Source: Dictyostelium discoideum
Lineage: Eukaryota
Assembly (NCBI GenBank): GCA_000004695.1
Contig: CM000152.2
Span: 2,624,001 to 2,688,000, forward strand
Length of the DNA stretch: 64,000 nucleotides
Direction: 5' to 3'
Shown here one piece after another: positions 51,830 through 63,858 of the stretch. The first letter of the stretch is position 1. Every line of letters begins with the position of its first letter. Made by a program: the position numbers and the translations under genes. The notes under the pieces are model-generated. The model saw only the letters and a program-made list of their open reading frames with translations, was not told the origin of the DNA and searched no databases.

Positions 51830-53164
51830 ATGAAAATCACAAACAACACCACAAATATTAAGCAACACAAATGCCTACAAAAAATAAGCGAAATTGTGGA
51901 TAAAACTCAATTAAAAAAAAAACAATTCAAATACGTCATAAACATCAATCACGAACCAGACGATAAAATAAAAAAAGATTTAGAAAAAAGTTTGGACAAA
52001 AAAGATGTTTTAATCAAAAGTAATAATACATTCAAAATTCTCACAGACAGTATTAGTACAGTAATCTATTTTGTAAATATGTTTGATGCAGAATTAAAAG
52101 GACAATTTATAACCACTATAAGACCAAAAAATATGTATACAGATTTTGATTGGTATAAATCACTCACAGAAATAGAATGGGTAATAGAAAATGAAGGATG
52201 TAAACTAATTAAATCAGAAATTAAAGGCGAAACTCTAATTATCAAAACAGTGAAAAGAGTCGTAGAAGAATTTGACACTATCATTGAACTAGACAATCTA
52301 ACATTAATTGGACACTCCAACAAAGGATGGAGAGATCAAACCTCATTACCAGAAAATCAAGAAGAAAACAAAAATAAAAAACAATCAGATGAACAACAAC
52401 CACAATCTACATCAGAACAAATACCAAAACAAGGAAAAAGAACAATCATTATCCCACCAATCACATCCTCATCTAATGATAAAACATTTATGGCCCTAGA
52501 TGATACAGCTCAAAAGGTAATAGAAGCATCACTAGAAAACGTAGATGAACTAACAAGAATAGAGAATGAGATCAATACACAATCGATAAACAATCAAGAA
52601 ATTAAAACAAAATCAGAAAAACCTATCGAACCACCATCTCCATACAATACACCAATAAAACAACACGGCGAAACAAAGGGACTAACAACGGAAGAAAAAC
52701 TTAGAGAGGCAAATGATATCTTCGACTTCACCAGCCCAAACACTGATGCAATAAGAAAAATAGAATTCCCACTTTCAATCCCTTCAAATCAATGGTTCTT
52801 CTCCTCTCCAATAAAACATATCATGAGTTTCAGCCCAACCTATGGTACACCATCGAAAATTATCGATTCACCAAGTAAATTGTTAAACACACCAAAAAAG
52901 AAACAACAAGACAAAACAAACAAGACCAACAAAACACCAGTCAAACCAAAATTGGGTGAATATGGACAAAAAAGCATAAAAACAAAAATGGATGAAGATA
53001 TAGACAACTTCAACAAGGAAATTCTAAAACAAATCAATAAATCAAAAAACCCCACAAACACACAAGACCAACAACACAACGAACAAAGTAAAGATCAGTT
53101 AGAAGACAAAATAAACCAGAAACTTCAAAAGGTAGATAAAAATCTACCCCAAATAAAACTATAA
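51830..53164 (+). CDS. TRE5-A ORF1 protein
   Basis: 444-aa ORF; N-terminal 60 aa repeated in 3' B-module and in remnant at 2087-2330. Confidence 0.7.
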   Translation: MKITNNTTNIKQHKCLQKISEIVDKTQLKKKQFKYVININHEPDDKIKKDLEKSLDKKDVLIKSNNTFKILTDSISTVIYFVNMFDAELKGQFITTIRPKNMYTDFDWYKSLTEIEWVIENEGCKLIKSEIKGETLIIKTVKRVVEEFDTIIELDNLTLIGHSNKGWRDQTSLPENQEENKNKKQSDEQQPQSTSEQIPKQGKRTIIIPPITSSSNDKTFMALDDTAQKVIEASLENVDELTRIENEINTQSINNQEIKTKSEKPIEPPSPYNTPIKQHGETKGLTTEEKLREANDIFDFTSPNTDAIRKIEFPLSIPSNQWFFSSPIKHIMSFSPTYGTPSKIIDSPSKLLNTPKKKQQDKTNKTNKTPVKPKLGEYGQKSIKTKMDEDIDNFNKEILKQINKSKNPTNTQDQQHNEQSKDQLEDKINQKLQKVDKNLPQIKL

Positions 53165-53418
53165 AGAAAAACACAATAAGAATAGGTGTTTGGAACGTCC
53201 AAGGATCCAACACCATCCAATCTGCCAGCATAATAAACACCGTTTTAGACAACAACAAGCTGGACGCAGCACTTCTAACTGAAACAAATATAAAAACAAA
53301 TAAAATTTACTCAATAAATCAACAATATAAAAACAAAATAACACACCACGCACCAATTGATAAAACAGGACAAGGGGTGTCACAAATCATCATCAACACC
53401 CGCAATAGAACTTCCTAA
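53161..53418 (+). pseudogene. TRE5-A ORF2 5' fragment (AP-endonuclease N-terminus), truncated by internal deletion
   Basis: IGVWNVQGSNTIQSASIINTVLDNNKLDAALLTETNIK… in -1 frame relative to ORF1, followed by poly(A) 53463-53518. Confidence 0.55.
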
Positions 53419-53460
53419 ACATCTCAAAAAATACAATAATTCACTCAGTACTTTCTATAA

Positions 53461-53520
<60 letters not shown>

Positions 53521-54077
53521 CAAGTTAATCAGAAAAATAAAAAAGATAGAAAGAAAATAAAAGGAAAATCACAAACAACACCACAAATATTAAGCAACAC
53601 AAATGCCTACAAAAAATAAGCGAAATTGTGGATAAAACTCAATTAAAAAAAAAACAATTCAAATACGTCATAAACATCAATCACGAACCAGACGATAAAA
53701 TAAAAAAAGATTTAGAAAAAAGTTTGGACAAAAAAGATGTTTTAATCAAAAAGACCCTGTAAAAAAAAAAAAAAAAATAAAATGAGATCTAGCATCTCAA
53801 GGAGAAGCAAATAATAATTGCGTTATCCAATTCAAAAAAAAAAAAATTTCACGTTTTTTCGAATTAAATAAATTATAAAATTTCAAAATTTTTTCCAGAT
53901 TTTTTAATATTCAATTTTTCCCCATTGGAATCATTAAAAATAATGAAAAATATGTATTATTAAACGAAAATGTAACATTTTAAATGTATATTTGTTTAAA
54001 TAAAAAAATTATTTCGGTTCAAAAAAAAAAAAAAAAATTAAAAATAAAAAAAAAAAAAAAAGTCGTTCGTTTTTTAA

Positions 54078-54108
<31 letters not shown>

Positions 54109-54218
54109 TAAACTTTGATTCACTTATAGATTACTTTTTTTTTTTCTTTTTTTTTTCCTCCTTGTAAATAATAACAAATAAATAAAATAAATAAAAATAT
54201 ATATATAATATATATAAA

Positions 54219-54501
54219 ATGGAATCTGAAAATAAAAATAATAATAAAAAAGTTAAAGAAGAATCTAAAGTTAAAGTTAAATTTATAACTAATGATGCAA
54301 ATATTAGAGTTACAGATACACCAATTGCTGTACCAGTTCGTTTAGGTCGTCTTGGTTTATCAGAAGTAATTCATCATTTAAGAGAAGAAGAAAACGAAAC
54401 ATCAAAACCATTCGATTTCCTTATTAATGGTAAATTTATTAGAACAACTTTAGATAAACATATTAAAAATGCAAATTTAAGTGAAGTAAGTTATAATTAT
54501 T

Positions 54502-54536
<35 letters not shown>

Positions 54537-55731
54537 TTATTATTAATATTATTAATAATATTATTTACTAATTTTTTTTTTTTATTTTTTTTTTTTTAAA
54601 AAAAAGGAACAAATTATTACAATTGAATATTTAGAAGCAATTACAGAACCAAAAAGAGAAAAAGAATGTCAACATGATGATTGGGTTAGTTGTGTTGATG
54701 GTAGTAATTTTGGATTAGTAGTTAGTGGATCATATGATTTAGGTGTTAGAGTTTGGGGATATGATGGTGAACTTATTTCAACTGGTACTGGTCATTTAGC
54801 AGGTGTAAAAAGTGTTTGTTGGATTAGTGATAAAAACGCTGATAATCTTAGTTTTGTATCAGCATCAATGGATAAAACATTACGTGTTTGGAATTTCAAT
54901 AAATCACAATCTGAAATCAAAGCATTGGCATGCTTAAAAGAGCATACTGGTACAATTGAATCTGTTTACGTTTCACCAGATTCATCACGTATTGTATCGG
55001 CTTCAATGGATTCAACAATTAAATTATGGAGTATTAAAGACATACCAAATCAACATGCAACCACTTCAAGCTCCATTGAAAAGAGTAATAGTAAAAAACG
55101 TAGATTAGCAAACAACACCAATAATGAAACAGCAGCCGTCGACCAACAATCAGAGATCATTCATAATATAACGGAGTCATTGGCATCGGTAACCGTACCA
55201 AACAGTCAAGGTGTTACAGTGGTCAATTGGACAACCCAATTCCAAATGTTGTCAGGTTCAATGGATTCAAAAATTAGATTATGGGATGTTAGTACATTGG
55301 TTGCAAATGATACAATCCCTACACCTGCTCCATTAACCGATTTGGATTATTCAATGGAATCTGGTTTAATTGTAACTGCACATAAAGATAGAATCGTTAG
55401 AATTTGGGATCCAAGATCATCCGATGAAACTAAATCTCAAACTCAATCTTTAATCTCTCATAAAACTTGGGTAACAAGTGTAAATTGGAATCCATCTTCA
55501 AAATATCATTGTTGTTCTACCTCTCATGATGGTACCGTCAAATATTGGGATATCCGTACAAAGATTCCATTATACACTATTGATACTTTAGAGAAATCAA
55601 AAGATAAAGTTTTATCATCATCTTTCATTTCAAATAAAAATAAAAATATTAATGATTATTCAATTGTTTCTGGTGGTACTGATTCAAAATTAAGAATTCA
55701 TTATAATGATAAACAAGAACAACAACAATAA
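54219..55731 (+). CDS. wdr12: Ribosome biogenesis protein WDR12/Ytm1 homolog (N-terminal NLE ubiquitin-like domain + WD40 repeats); exons 54219..54485, 54607..55731
   Basis: VKFITNDANIRVTDTPIAVPVRLGRLGLSEVIHHL (NLE), then multiple WD repeats (…SGSYDLGVRVW…, …SASMDKTLRVWN…, …SGSMDSKIRLWD…, …TSHDGTVKYWD…); GTAAGT donor 54486, acceptor aaaaAG 54606. Confidence 0.8.
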
Positions 55732-56035
55732 ATAAATAAATAAATAAAAATAAATTAAATAAAAAGTTTTAAAAAAAAAAAAAAAAAAAAAAGAAAATAA
55801 AAACAAATTAAATGAATTAAATTTAAAAAATTAATTAATTAATAAATAAATAAATTAATTAAATTAAATTGGAAATTTACGGAAATTAATTTTTTATTTT
55901 TTTTTTTTGTTTTTTTTTTTTTATTTTTTATTTTTTTTTTCATTTTAATTTTTTTTCTTTTTTCATTTTATTATTTTATTTTAATTGCCATTGTGCTTTT
56001 TATTATTTGATAATTAAAAAAAAAAAAAAAAAAAA

Positions 56036-56602
56036 ATGAACAAATTAATTAAAATTTCAAATTTTAGAAATAATAATAATAATAATATTTTAATAATAAA
56101 TAGATTTTTTAGTTCAAAAATTTATACAAAAACAGGTGATAAAGGAACTTCAGCATTATTTAATGGTGAAAGAAGAAAGAAGGATGATCAAATTTTTCAA
56201 GCATTAGGTTCAGTTGATGAATTATCATCTCAACTTGGTCTTTCAAAAGAACATTTAATAGTATTACGTAAAGAAATAAATAATGAAAAAAAAGAATTGG
56301 CAAATAGAGTAATCGATGAAATTGAACAAATTCAATGTTTACTATTAGATATTGGTTCACATATTGCTACACCAAGTTATTCAGAAGAACAATTTCAAAA
56401 GAGATCACAATTTAATGATTTTCATACAACTCAATTAGAAAATTGGGTTGATCATTATACAAATAATCATTTGGCACCTTTAAAAAATTTCATTCTACCC
56501 GGTGGTGGTCTAACTTCTGCCTCCCTTCATGTTTGTCGTTCAGTTTGTAGAAGAAGTGAACGTGAATTAATAACAATGACAAATTTAGAAAATGAATATG
56601 AA

Positions 56603-56661
<59 letters not shown>

Positions 56662-56822
56662 AATCTCATCACCAGTTTTAAGATTTATAAATCGTTTATC
56701 AGATTATTTATTTACAATCGCTCGTATTTCAAATAAAATAGAAGGAGGTGAAGAATCTATTTATCGTAGACCTTCTGAATCATTATCTTCAAATAATAAA
56801 AATAATAATAATAGTAATAGTA

Positions 56823-56859
<37 letters not shown>

Positions 56860-56911
56860 CAATAATAAATATCAAAGAATATTGGAAAAACATTCAACAA
56901 TTCAAGATTAA
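56036..56911 (+). CDS. mmab: ATP:cob(I)alamin adenosyltransferase, PduO-type (MMAB homolog), with N-terminal presequence and poly-N inserts
   Basis: IYTKTGDKGTSALFNGERRKKDD…ALGSVDELSSQLG… matches PduO/MMAB signature; single ORF. Confidence 0.75.
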
Positions 56912-57049
56912 CCTAAAAAATATAAAATAAAAAAAATATTAAAAATTAAAAAGTGAAATAAAATATCATAAACACCCGTGAAATTTTAAAAAAATATTTA
57001 CATATTTGTATAAAAAAAAAAAAATATATATATTAAAATTAATTTTATT

Positions 57050-57081
<32 letters not shown>

Positions 57082-57662
57082 TTTTTTATTTTTTTTATTT
57101 TTTTTATTTTTTTTTTATTTTTTTTTTATTTTTTTTTTTTTTTCAATTTATTTTTAAAAAAAAAAAAAAAAAAAAAAAAATTCATATACTCATATTGTCA
57201 AAACAATTGATCTACTGATATAATATCAATTTTAATATACAGCCATTAAAATCATAAATCACTAAAACCCACGATCACCTTAACATACACTAAAAATGTA
57301 GGTTATTTTTAAAAAATATAGAGAATTTTTTAATAATAAAAAAAAAAAAAAAAAAAAAAAAACACATACAACATTTTCAGACAAAAAGAGGAAAAAAAAA
57401 AAAAAAAAAACAATAGGAGGGATTTTTTTTTTTTTTTTATATTTTTTTTATATATATACATTAATAATAATCATACAATACTAATATTAAATACAAATTA
57501 ATTTAGCACACAAACAAACAAACCAAACCATATACATATATATAGATTACATAATTATTTCCCACACAAAATACATTATATAATTTATTACTTTTTGGAA
57601 ACTCAATAAAAAAAAAAATTAAATAAATTATAAATTATAGCACTCTATGTATCAAAATATCA

Positions 57663-58741
57663 ATGAAATCTTCACCATCAACGACATCGCCATCGGCTTC
57701 AAATCCACAATTTAAACTCAAAAGTATGTTTTTATATATATATATATATGCTTAAATCAAAAATTAAAGTAACGCAATAACAATATTAATTTTTTTATTT
57801 TTTTTATTTTTTTTATTTTTTTTTATTTTCAAAATATAGAACCAAATAAATTTTCAACTACTACAGCAAAATCTATTGTGCCATTAAATCTTGGTAGTGA
57901 GAAAAGTGAAAAGGGTTTAGTAAGTAATAATGGAATTTTTTCAAATACAATAAACACATCAGGACAACCAACCATACCATTGGTTTCTTCTAATAGTGTT
58001 TGGGGTGGAGTAAAACCAGCCACTCCCGTTATTACAACTACACCAACACCATCATCAACAACAACAGCAACAACAACACCAGTAACACCATCATCACCTC
58101 AACAAACTACATCAACAACAAATACAACATCATCAAACACTAATACAAATACAGGAGCACCACAAACAGTTGCAAGTTTAATCCAATCAACTCTTTTACA
58201 TCCATCACTTATAAATTCTTCTACATCATCACCACTTGGTGGCTCAACTTCATCTTCAACATCATCAATTTCATCTTCAACAGAAAATTTAGCTGCTTCA
58301 TCAACTTCACCTCCACCACCACAACCATCATCATCATCACAACCATCATCATCAACTACTACAAACCCAATAAATAATGCATCAACAACTGCGCAATCTC
58401 AATCAAATACTGTAGATACACAACAAACATCAAACACATCAAATTTAGTTATACCACCACAACCAACCACCACCACAACAACAACAACAGCGACCCCATC
58501 AACAACTAATCCAACTACAACAAATGATTCCTATATTTCACCATCTGTCGCAAAAAAGAAAGATATTATTCAACCACCATCACCTCCAACCTTTTCAACA
58601 ATTAATAAAAATACCAATTATCCTGCACTTGGTAAAAAAGATGAATTAAATAAACCAAAAACAATTGCCATGGAATATACATCAGCAGTAACAACAGCAA
58701 CAGCATCATCAACATCAATACATCTAACTCAACCACAATGA
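57663..58741 (+). CDS. S/T/P-rich low-complexity protein; exons 57663..57723, 57840..58741
   Basis: MKSSPSTTSPSASNPQFKLK|KPNKFSTTTAKSIVPLNLGSEKSEK…; GTATGT donor at 57724, acceptor atatAG 57839, phase 1. Confidence 0.55.
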
Positions 58742-58766
58742 TAGCATCATAACAAATAATGATCAA

Positions 58767-58866
58767 NNNNNNNNNNNNNNNNNNNNNNNNNNNNNNNNNN
58801 NNNNNNNNNNNNNNNNNNNNNNNNNNNNNNNNNNNNNNNNNNNNNNNNNNNNNNNNNNNNNNNNNN
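58767..58866. other. Assembly gap (100 N)
   Basis: Run of N. Confidence 1.
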
Positions 58867-59540
58867 TAGATAACAAACCAAAACCATCAATTTCACTATT
58901 TGCAAATAAAACAAGGAAAGGAAGAGAGAATAGATCAATATTATATTACCTTTTAATATCAATTAAAAATCAAATATCAAATGATGATTTTTTAATTATG
59001 GAACAATTAGTAACTATATGTTTTAAATTATATAGTGACTCTTTTGATGAAAATGATTTAAATTCACTTCAAGTATTAATTGAATCATTTAATGCAAAAG
59101 TAAATTTAATTACTGAAACAGAAATAATGAATTTCCACTTGTTGTTACATTATCCAATCTATATAAAAAATTGGGGTGCACCAAAATACACTTCAGCTGA
59201 AACTTTTGAAGCACAATTATCAAGAATTAAAAATTATTTAAATAATAATACAAATAATAGGGATGAACAATATGAAAGGGTTACCAAATTAAACATGGTG
59301 AAATTTTTTAATTCAGTAGATAAATTAAAAAGTATTGAGCCTGAAAGTACAGCATTAATTATTGGTAACAAAATAAAAAATCCAGGTAATATAGATAATA
59401 TAAAAATTAAATTAGATTCATTATTTCAAAATTATAAAAATATAACTTTTCACTCATCAATTAAAAATAATAAAGAAATATACAATATTGGTGATGCAGT
59501 TGAAGTTGCATCAGATAATGAACTTTCAGGTATGTTGTAG
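58867..59540 (+). CDS. Hypothetical protein, 5'-partial (ORF open from gap edge), ends at MITE-like insertion
   Basis: Frame open from 58867 through Met 58998 to stop 59538-59540; stop lies 5 nt into repeat copy starting 59534. Confidence 0.45.
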
Positions 59541-59632
59541 GGAATTTTCCATAAAATTTCACTACAGTAGCGTAGTGAATTTTATTATTTAATTTCACTA
59601 CAGTAGCGTAGTGAAAAAAAAAAATCACTGAC
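59534..59632. mobile_element. MITE-like family 1 copy (gttgtagggaatttt…cactacagtagcgtagtgaa ×2 …aaatcactgacc)
   Basis: Reverse complement aligns with 35709-35812; possibly terminal repeat region of adjacent Tdd-4-like transposon. Confidence 0.5.
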
Positions 59633-59735
59633 CTTAAATTTTTTTTTTTTTCAAAAAACAAATAAAGTTTATTAAATTGAAATTTTATTTTTTGTTTTAA
59701 TTATTATTTTATTTATTTTTATTATAATTATTGTT

Positions 59736-59774
<39 letters not shown>

Positions 59775-59914
59775 CAATTTTTTTTTTTAAATTTTTTTCA
59801 TTTTTTATTTGTTTATTAAATTGTATTTTTATTTTTTGTTTTAATTATTATTTTATTTATTATTATTGTTAATTTTTTTTTTTTTTCAATTTTTTTTTTT
59901 TTAATTTATTTTTA

Positions 59915-60310
59915 TTAATTTATTTTTATTAACTCCCTGAGTTGTTCAATTGCTTGATTTACCATATCACTGTAAACACTGCACACAATTGAATTTTTTC
60001 TAGCTTTGTTACCTCTGGTGCATTTGATGTTTTTGCATTTTCCTTTGTATACAAAAAAGTCCAAATATAATTCGTTTTCTATTACAGTTTTTACACAATG
60101 TTGGTGAAATTGTTTTGATTTTAATTCTAATGCTTCTAACATCATATTTGAATTTTTAACGATTAAAGCATCACCACTATTTACATATAGTACTTTGGCT
60201 GCTTTTTCGAGGAATTTAGTCAAATTTTCCTCTGAATCTAACTATTCTTCATTGCCATATTCAATGGCTAAATTTCTTAAGAGTTTTATCGAATCTATTA
60301 ATTCTTCGAT
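59915..60310 (-). pseudogene. Transposon-associated small ORF (MIEELIDSIKLLRNLAIEYGNEE*LDSEENLTKFLEKAAK…CKNIKCTRGNKARKNSIVC…) with in-frame TAG
   Basis: Minus ORF 59915-60223 extends upstream in frame through a stop at ~60245. Confidence 0.3.
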
Positions 60311-60549
60311 CATTCTTTTTTTTTGAAATTTTTTTTTATTTTGTTTTTTCAATTTTTTTTTTTTATTTTGTTTTTTCAATTTTTTTTAAGTTTTATTTTT
60401 TTTTATTTTTTTTTATTTTTTTTAACAAATGTAATTTTTTTTTATTTTTTTCAATTTTTTTTTTTTTTTAATTTTTAATTTTTTTTTTTTTTTTTAATTT
60501 TTTGTGTTGATTTGTGTTTTTTTTGTTTTTTTGATTTGGCCACTTGTTT

Positions 60550-63500
60550 TTATTTTCTAATTTCCCCATACCCCCTTCTATTAATTGCAACCAAATCAAG
60601 TTCTAATTTTTGTGTCCTTGTTAACTTTGTTTTTGCAACTTTTTTTGAAGGTATCACATTAACGATTTTTCCTATTGATGGTGATTTGGAAGGTGATTTA
60701 AATGGTGATTTAAAAGGTGAATTGGAAGGTGATTTAAATGGTGAATTGGAAGGTGAAATGGATGGTGATTTGGAAGGTGATTTAAATGGTGATTTGGAAG
60801 GTGATTTAAATGGTGATTTAAATGGTGAATTGGAAGGTGAAATGGATGGTGATTTGAGAGGTGATTTGGATGGTTTAGAATGTGATTTTAAAGGAGGTTT
60901 ATTAACAATTGGTATCTTATGAGGACGGCCTCTGAGACGTTTAACAGTTGTTACTATACCACTACCAGATTGTGGTATAGTATACGATGGTATTATTTGC
61001 ACTTGAGGTATTGGTGGTACTATTTCTTTTAAATTCATATCCTTTCTCAAACAATTCATTAAATTTGGCGCTGTTGGATTATTATTTAAAAATGGGAGTA
61101 TTTCTTCTTGTTCCATTTCATTATTGAGTTTGTGTTGAAATGGATTATCGTTAATGATAGGTGGAATATTTGATGGATTGTTAAGAGCATCTTCCAAAAC
61201 CCTAAATGGATCATTTTGTGTTACCAATTGATGCAAGTTGAAATTGGATAAATCCTTACCAAGATTTTTAATAAACTGAACCAGAAATTCAATAACTTTC
61301 CCATCATTATTTAAATAAAGACCAGAAGTAAAAGAATCAATATCTTTTTGTATGTTTGGCGATGTTCTAAAAATATCAACTGTTGATTGTTTATAAAGAA
61401 CCAACTTGTTACCTCCTACAAAACCAGAGTATAAACCTTTTTTTTGAAGGCTATTGATTCCATCTTCCAAAAATTCAAGTTTATAAAGTTGTTTAGTGTC
61501 TTCCTGTATTACCTTATGAATTTTACACAAAATCAATATTTTCTATTAGAATTAAATATAAAATTTGTTAATTATTACTGTTTCATATATTATTAATCTT
61601 TATGTTTTAATTACTTACATTATTTTTTTTAATTTCTAGAAAGAGTACAGTATCACCAACTTTCAATCCCTTTGGTGGTTTTGAATTCCATTGATTTTGG
61701 TAACTTGTGAGATTTTCAAGAATAATAGCTGTTCTTTCTTCTTTTGAAACATCTGAAACACCAATTGATTGAGAGTCTTGTTCTGATTGAACATTAATAA
61801 ACAAAGGAACAATACCAACAGCTTGAGATGGTGTCATTTTAATTGTTCTTGTTTTTGTATTATTGTAATCATACAAAGCTTGTTTTAATAGTTCAGAAAG
61901 AGACCTAGAAGTACCATCAAGAAAACTAAAATTTATTTATAAATGATTAATTAATAAACATATCGATAATTTATATTGTTCACAATATCATACTCTTGTT
62001 GTTTTAATTTTGAGATCCTCTCCTTGATAGTTCGATTCAATCTTTCTACCATACCTTGAGTTGTTGGTGTACGAGGAGCTCCATGTGCTGACTTGGAGCC
62101 TGGAAAAAGTTTTAGGAATTCTTTTTGGACTTTGTTTTTAAATTCACGTCCATTATCGCAGTGCCATACTTTCACAGGTTTGCCAAAGTACGTGAGAGCC
62201 AAAAAATTGTATATGGGAACTGTTCTCTTTGTTGTCAAACATCTAAAAAATAAATGATAATTAAAATAAAAAAAGAAAACTAATAAATTAATAAATAAAA
62301 AATAAATACCTTCCAGTAGCAAATTTTGTAAAAGAATCTATGCATAGAATAATGTAAACAACATCGGTGTCGTACGGTTGTACAGAGTCATATTGGATAA
62401 GATCATCTAGTTTAGTTAGTATCTTTTCATTATCATCATCGTATGTAACTTTTTCTTTATGTTCACCTTTAATTGATGTTAAATCATAAACCAATCTTGA
62501 GTATTCCTCGGTATCTACAATTGGAGCAAAATCCTTTGTTATACCTATTAATTTATTTAAATTATTAAAAGAGTTTTAATATAAAAGTTACAAAACATCA
62601 TATAAAAATGATTGATACCAAACCTTTTATTCTATTTCGTTGGCAAATGTCACACGTATCTACTGCATCAGATACAAAAGAATACAATCCCATATTATAA
62701 TATTTAGTCTTGTAGTTCCCATAGGTTGCATCTCTTCCTACACAGCGAAGAAAAAACCACCTTTAAATTCGCTTTAAATTAAATTTAAATTTGCTTTAAA
62801 GTCCTGAATTAAAGCAATTTTAAAGGTAATTTTAAAGGTAATTTTTAAGGTTACTTTAAAATCACCTTAAAAATTACCTTTAAAATTCCTTTAAAAATTA
62901 CTTTTTTAATCGCTTTAAAAGCGAGGTCCTGAGTTCGAAGCCGTTATTTAACGGATAAATTTTTTAAAATTTTTTTTTTAATTTTTCAAAAAATTACCAA
63001 AAGGGATTCGATCCCCCGACCCTCTATCAAAGGGTAGTCTCATCAACCATTACACCATTTGATTGCTTTGATGAAAATTTAAAAATGATAGAATATTTTA
63101 TCCCCATTTTTTTGTTCTAAAATTAGATCTTTTTTATTAAAAACCTTAAATTTATGTTTAAAGGAAATTTAAATTCACTTTAAATCTACTTTAAATCTAC
63201 TTTAAATTCTATTTAAAATTAATTTAAAATAAATTTTAAAGGTATTTTTAAATATCTTAAAAATTATCTTAAAAATTACCTTAAAAATCACCTTTAAAAT
63301 CACCTTTAAAATCACCTTTAAAATTGCTTAAAAATTTATTTTAAAGCAAATTTTAAAGGCATTTTTAAATATCTTTAAAATTACCTTAAAAATTACCTTA
63401 AAAATGAATTTTTTAAACGCGGCTTTAAATTCAATTTAAATCCAATTTAAATCAACTTTTCTTTAAATTTGCTTTAAAGGTGCATTTTTCTTTGCTGTGT

Positions 63501-63808
63501 ATATGACCTTTATGCATTTCTTCCCAGAGTGATACCATTCTATAATCATTAATTACTTCTAAACACACTTCTTTTGATATATTTCTATCTCCGCCACAAT
63601 TCATGACTTTTTTTTCAATTCTAAATAATTTTTCTTTTCTGTTTCTGTTTTTTATTGGTCAGAATTTAAAAAATGATTGTGTTATTGTAAGGAAAAATAT
63701 TTACTCATCATGTAAAAATTTATAATTTTTATGTTTAGTATTTTCAAAATTATTATCTTCAATAAATTTTAAATAATTTATAATTTCATTTATTTTATCT
63801 TGTTTCAT
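60550..63808 (-). CDS. Integrase-type (retroviral-like HHCC zinc finger, DDE core, SH3/chromo-like C-terminus, AT-hook and SPxK repeats) transposase of a Tdd-4-like DNA transposon; ≥5 exons; coding sequence interrupted by 717-bp insertion (62762-63478)
   Basis: Exon 1 MKQDKINEIINYLKFIEDNNFENTKHKNYKFLHD|EIEKKVMNCGGDRN…LWEEMHKGHIHSK [insertion] RCVGRDATYGNYKTKYYNMGLYSFVSDAVDTCDICQRNRIK|G ITKDFAPIVDT…VVYIILCIDSFTKFATG|R CLTTKRTV…VWHCDNGREF…HGAPRTPTTQGMVERLNRTIKE…; introns with GTAAAT/GTTTGG/GTATTT donors, phase-consistent; A-rich promoter upstream of ATG 63808. Confidence 0.6.
62762..63478. mobile_element. Inverted-repeat element (TTTAAA-word-rich arms ~62762-62930 and ~63110-63478) with tRNA-like/B-box core, inserted between HH and CC of the transposase zinc finger
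   Basis: Arms are reverse complements (…tttaaaggtaattttaaaggtaatttttaagg… / …ccttaaaaattaccttaaaaatcacctttaaa…); termini ctttaaa…tttaaag; core has GGTCCTGAGTTCGAAGCC (+) and GGGGGATCGAATCCC (-) B-box-like motifs and a perfect anticodon-arm-like hairpin ACCCT-TTGATAG-AGGGT. Confidence 0.45.
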
Positions 63809-63823
63809 TTTGGGAAAATGAAA

Positions 63824-63858
<35 letters not shown>

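Larger units (their letters stand above)
51656..53844 (+). mobile_element. TRE5-A non-LTR retrotransposon, internally deleted variant (A/B modules, ORF1, truncated ORF2, A-tract, B- and C-modules, oligo-A); 15-bp TSD aatttcacgtttttt at 51641-51655 and 53845-53859
   Basis: 5' end 48 bp upstream of tRNA-Glu, head-to-head; duplicated B-module 53519-53752; C-module 53753-53830. Confidence 0.75.

Noticed and set aside
52066-53383. Minus-strand ORFs inside TRE5-A (52066..52323, 52840..53079, 53034..53258, 53159..53383)
   Set aside because: They are antisense of the TRE5-A ORF1 and ORF2 region.
60512-60922. Plus ORF with (GDL/GEL)n repeats
   Set aside because: It is the complement of the SPxK-repeat C-terminus of the transposase gene.
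62921-63080. Possible tRNA genes in the core of the inverted-repeat insertion
   Set aside because: B-box-like motifs and an anticodon-arm-like hairpin are present. However, no acceptor or D-stem pairing yields a complete cloverleaf on either strand. It is reported as tRNA-like, not as a tRNA.
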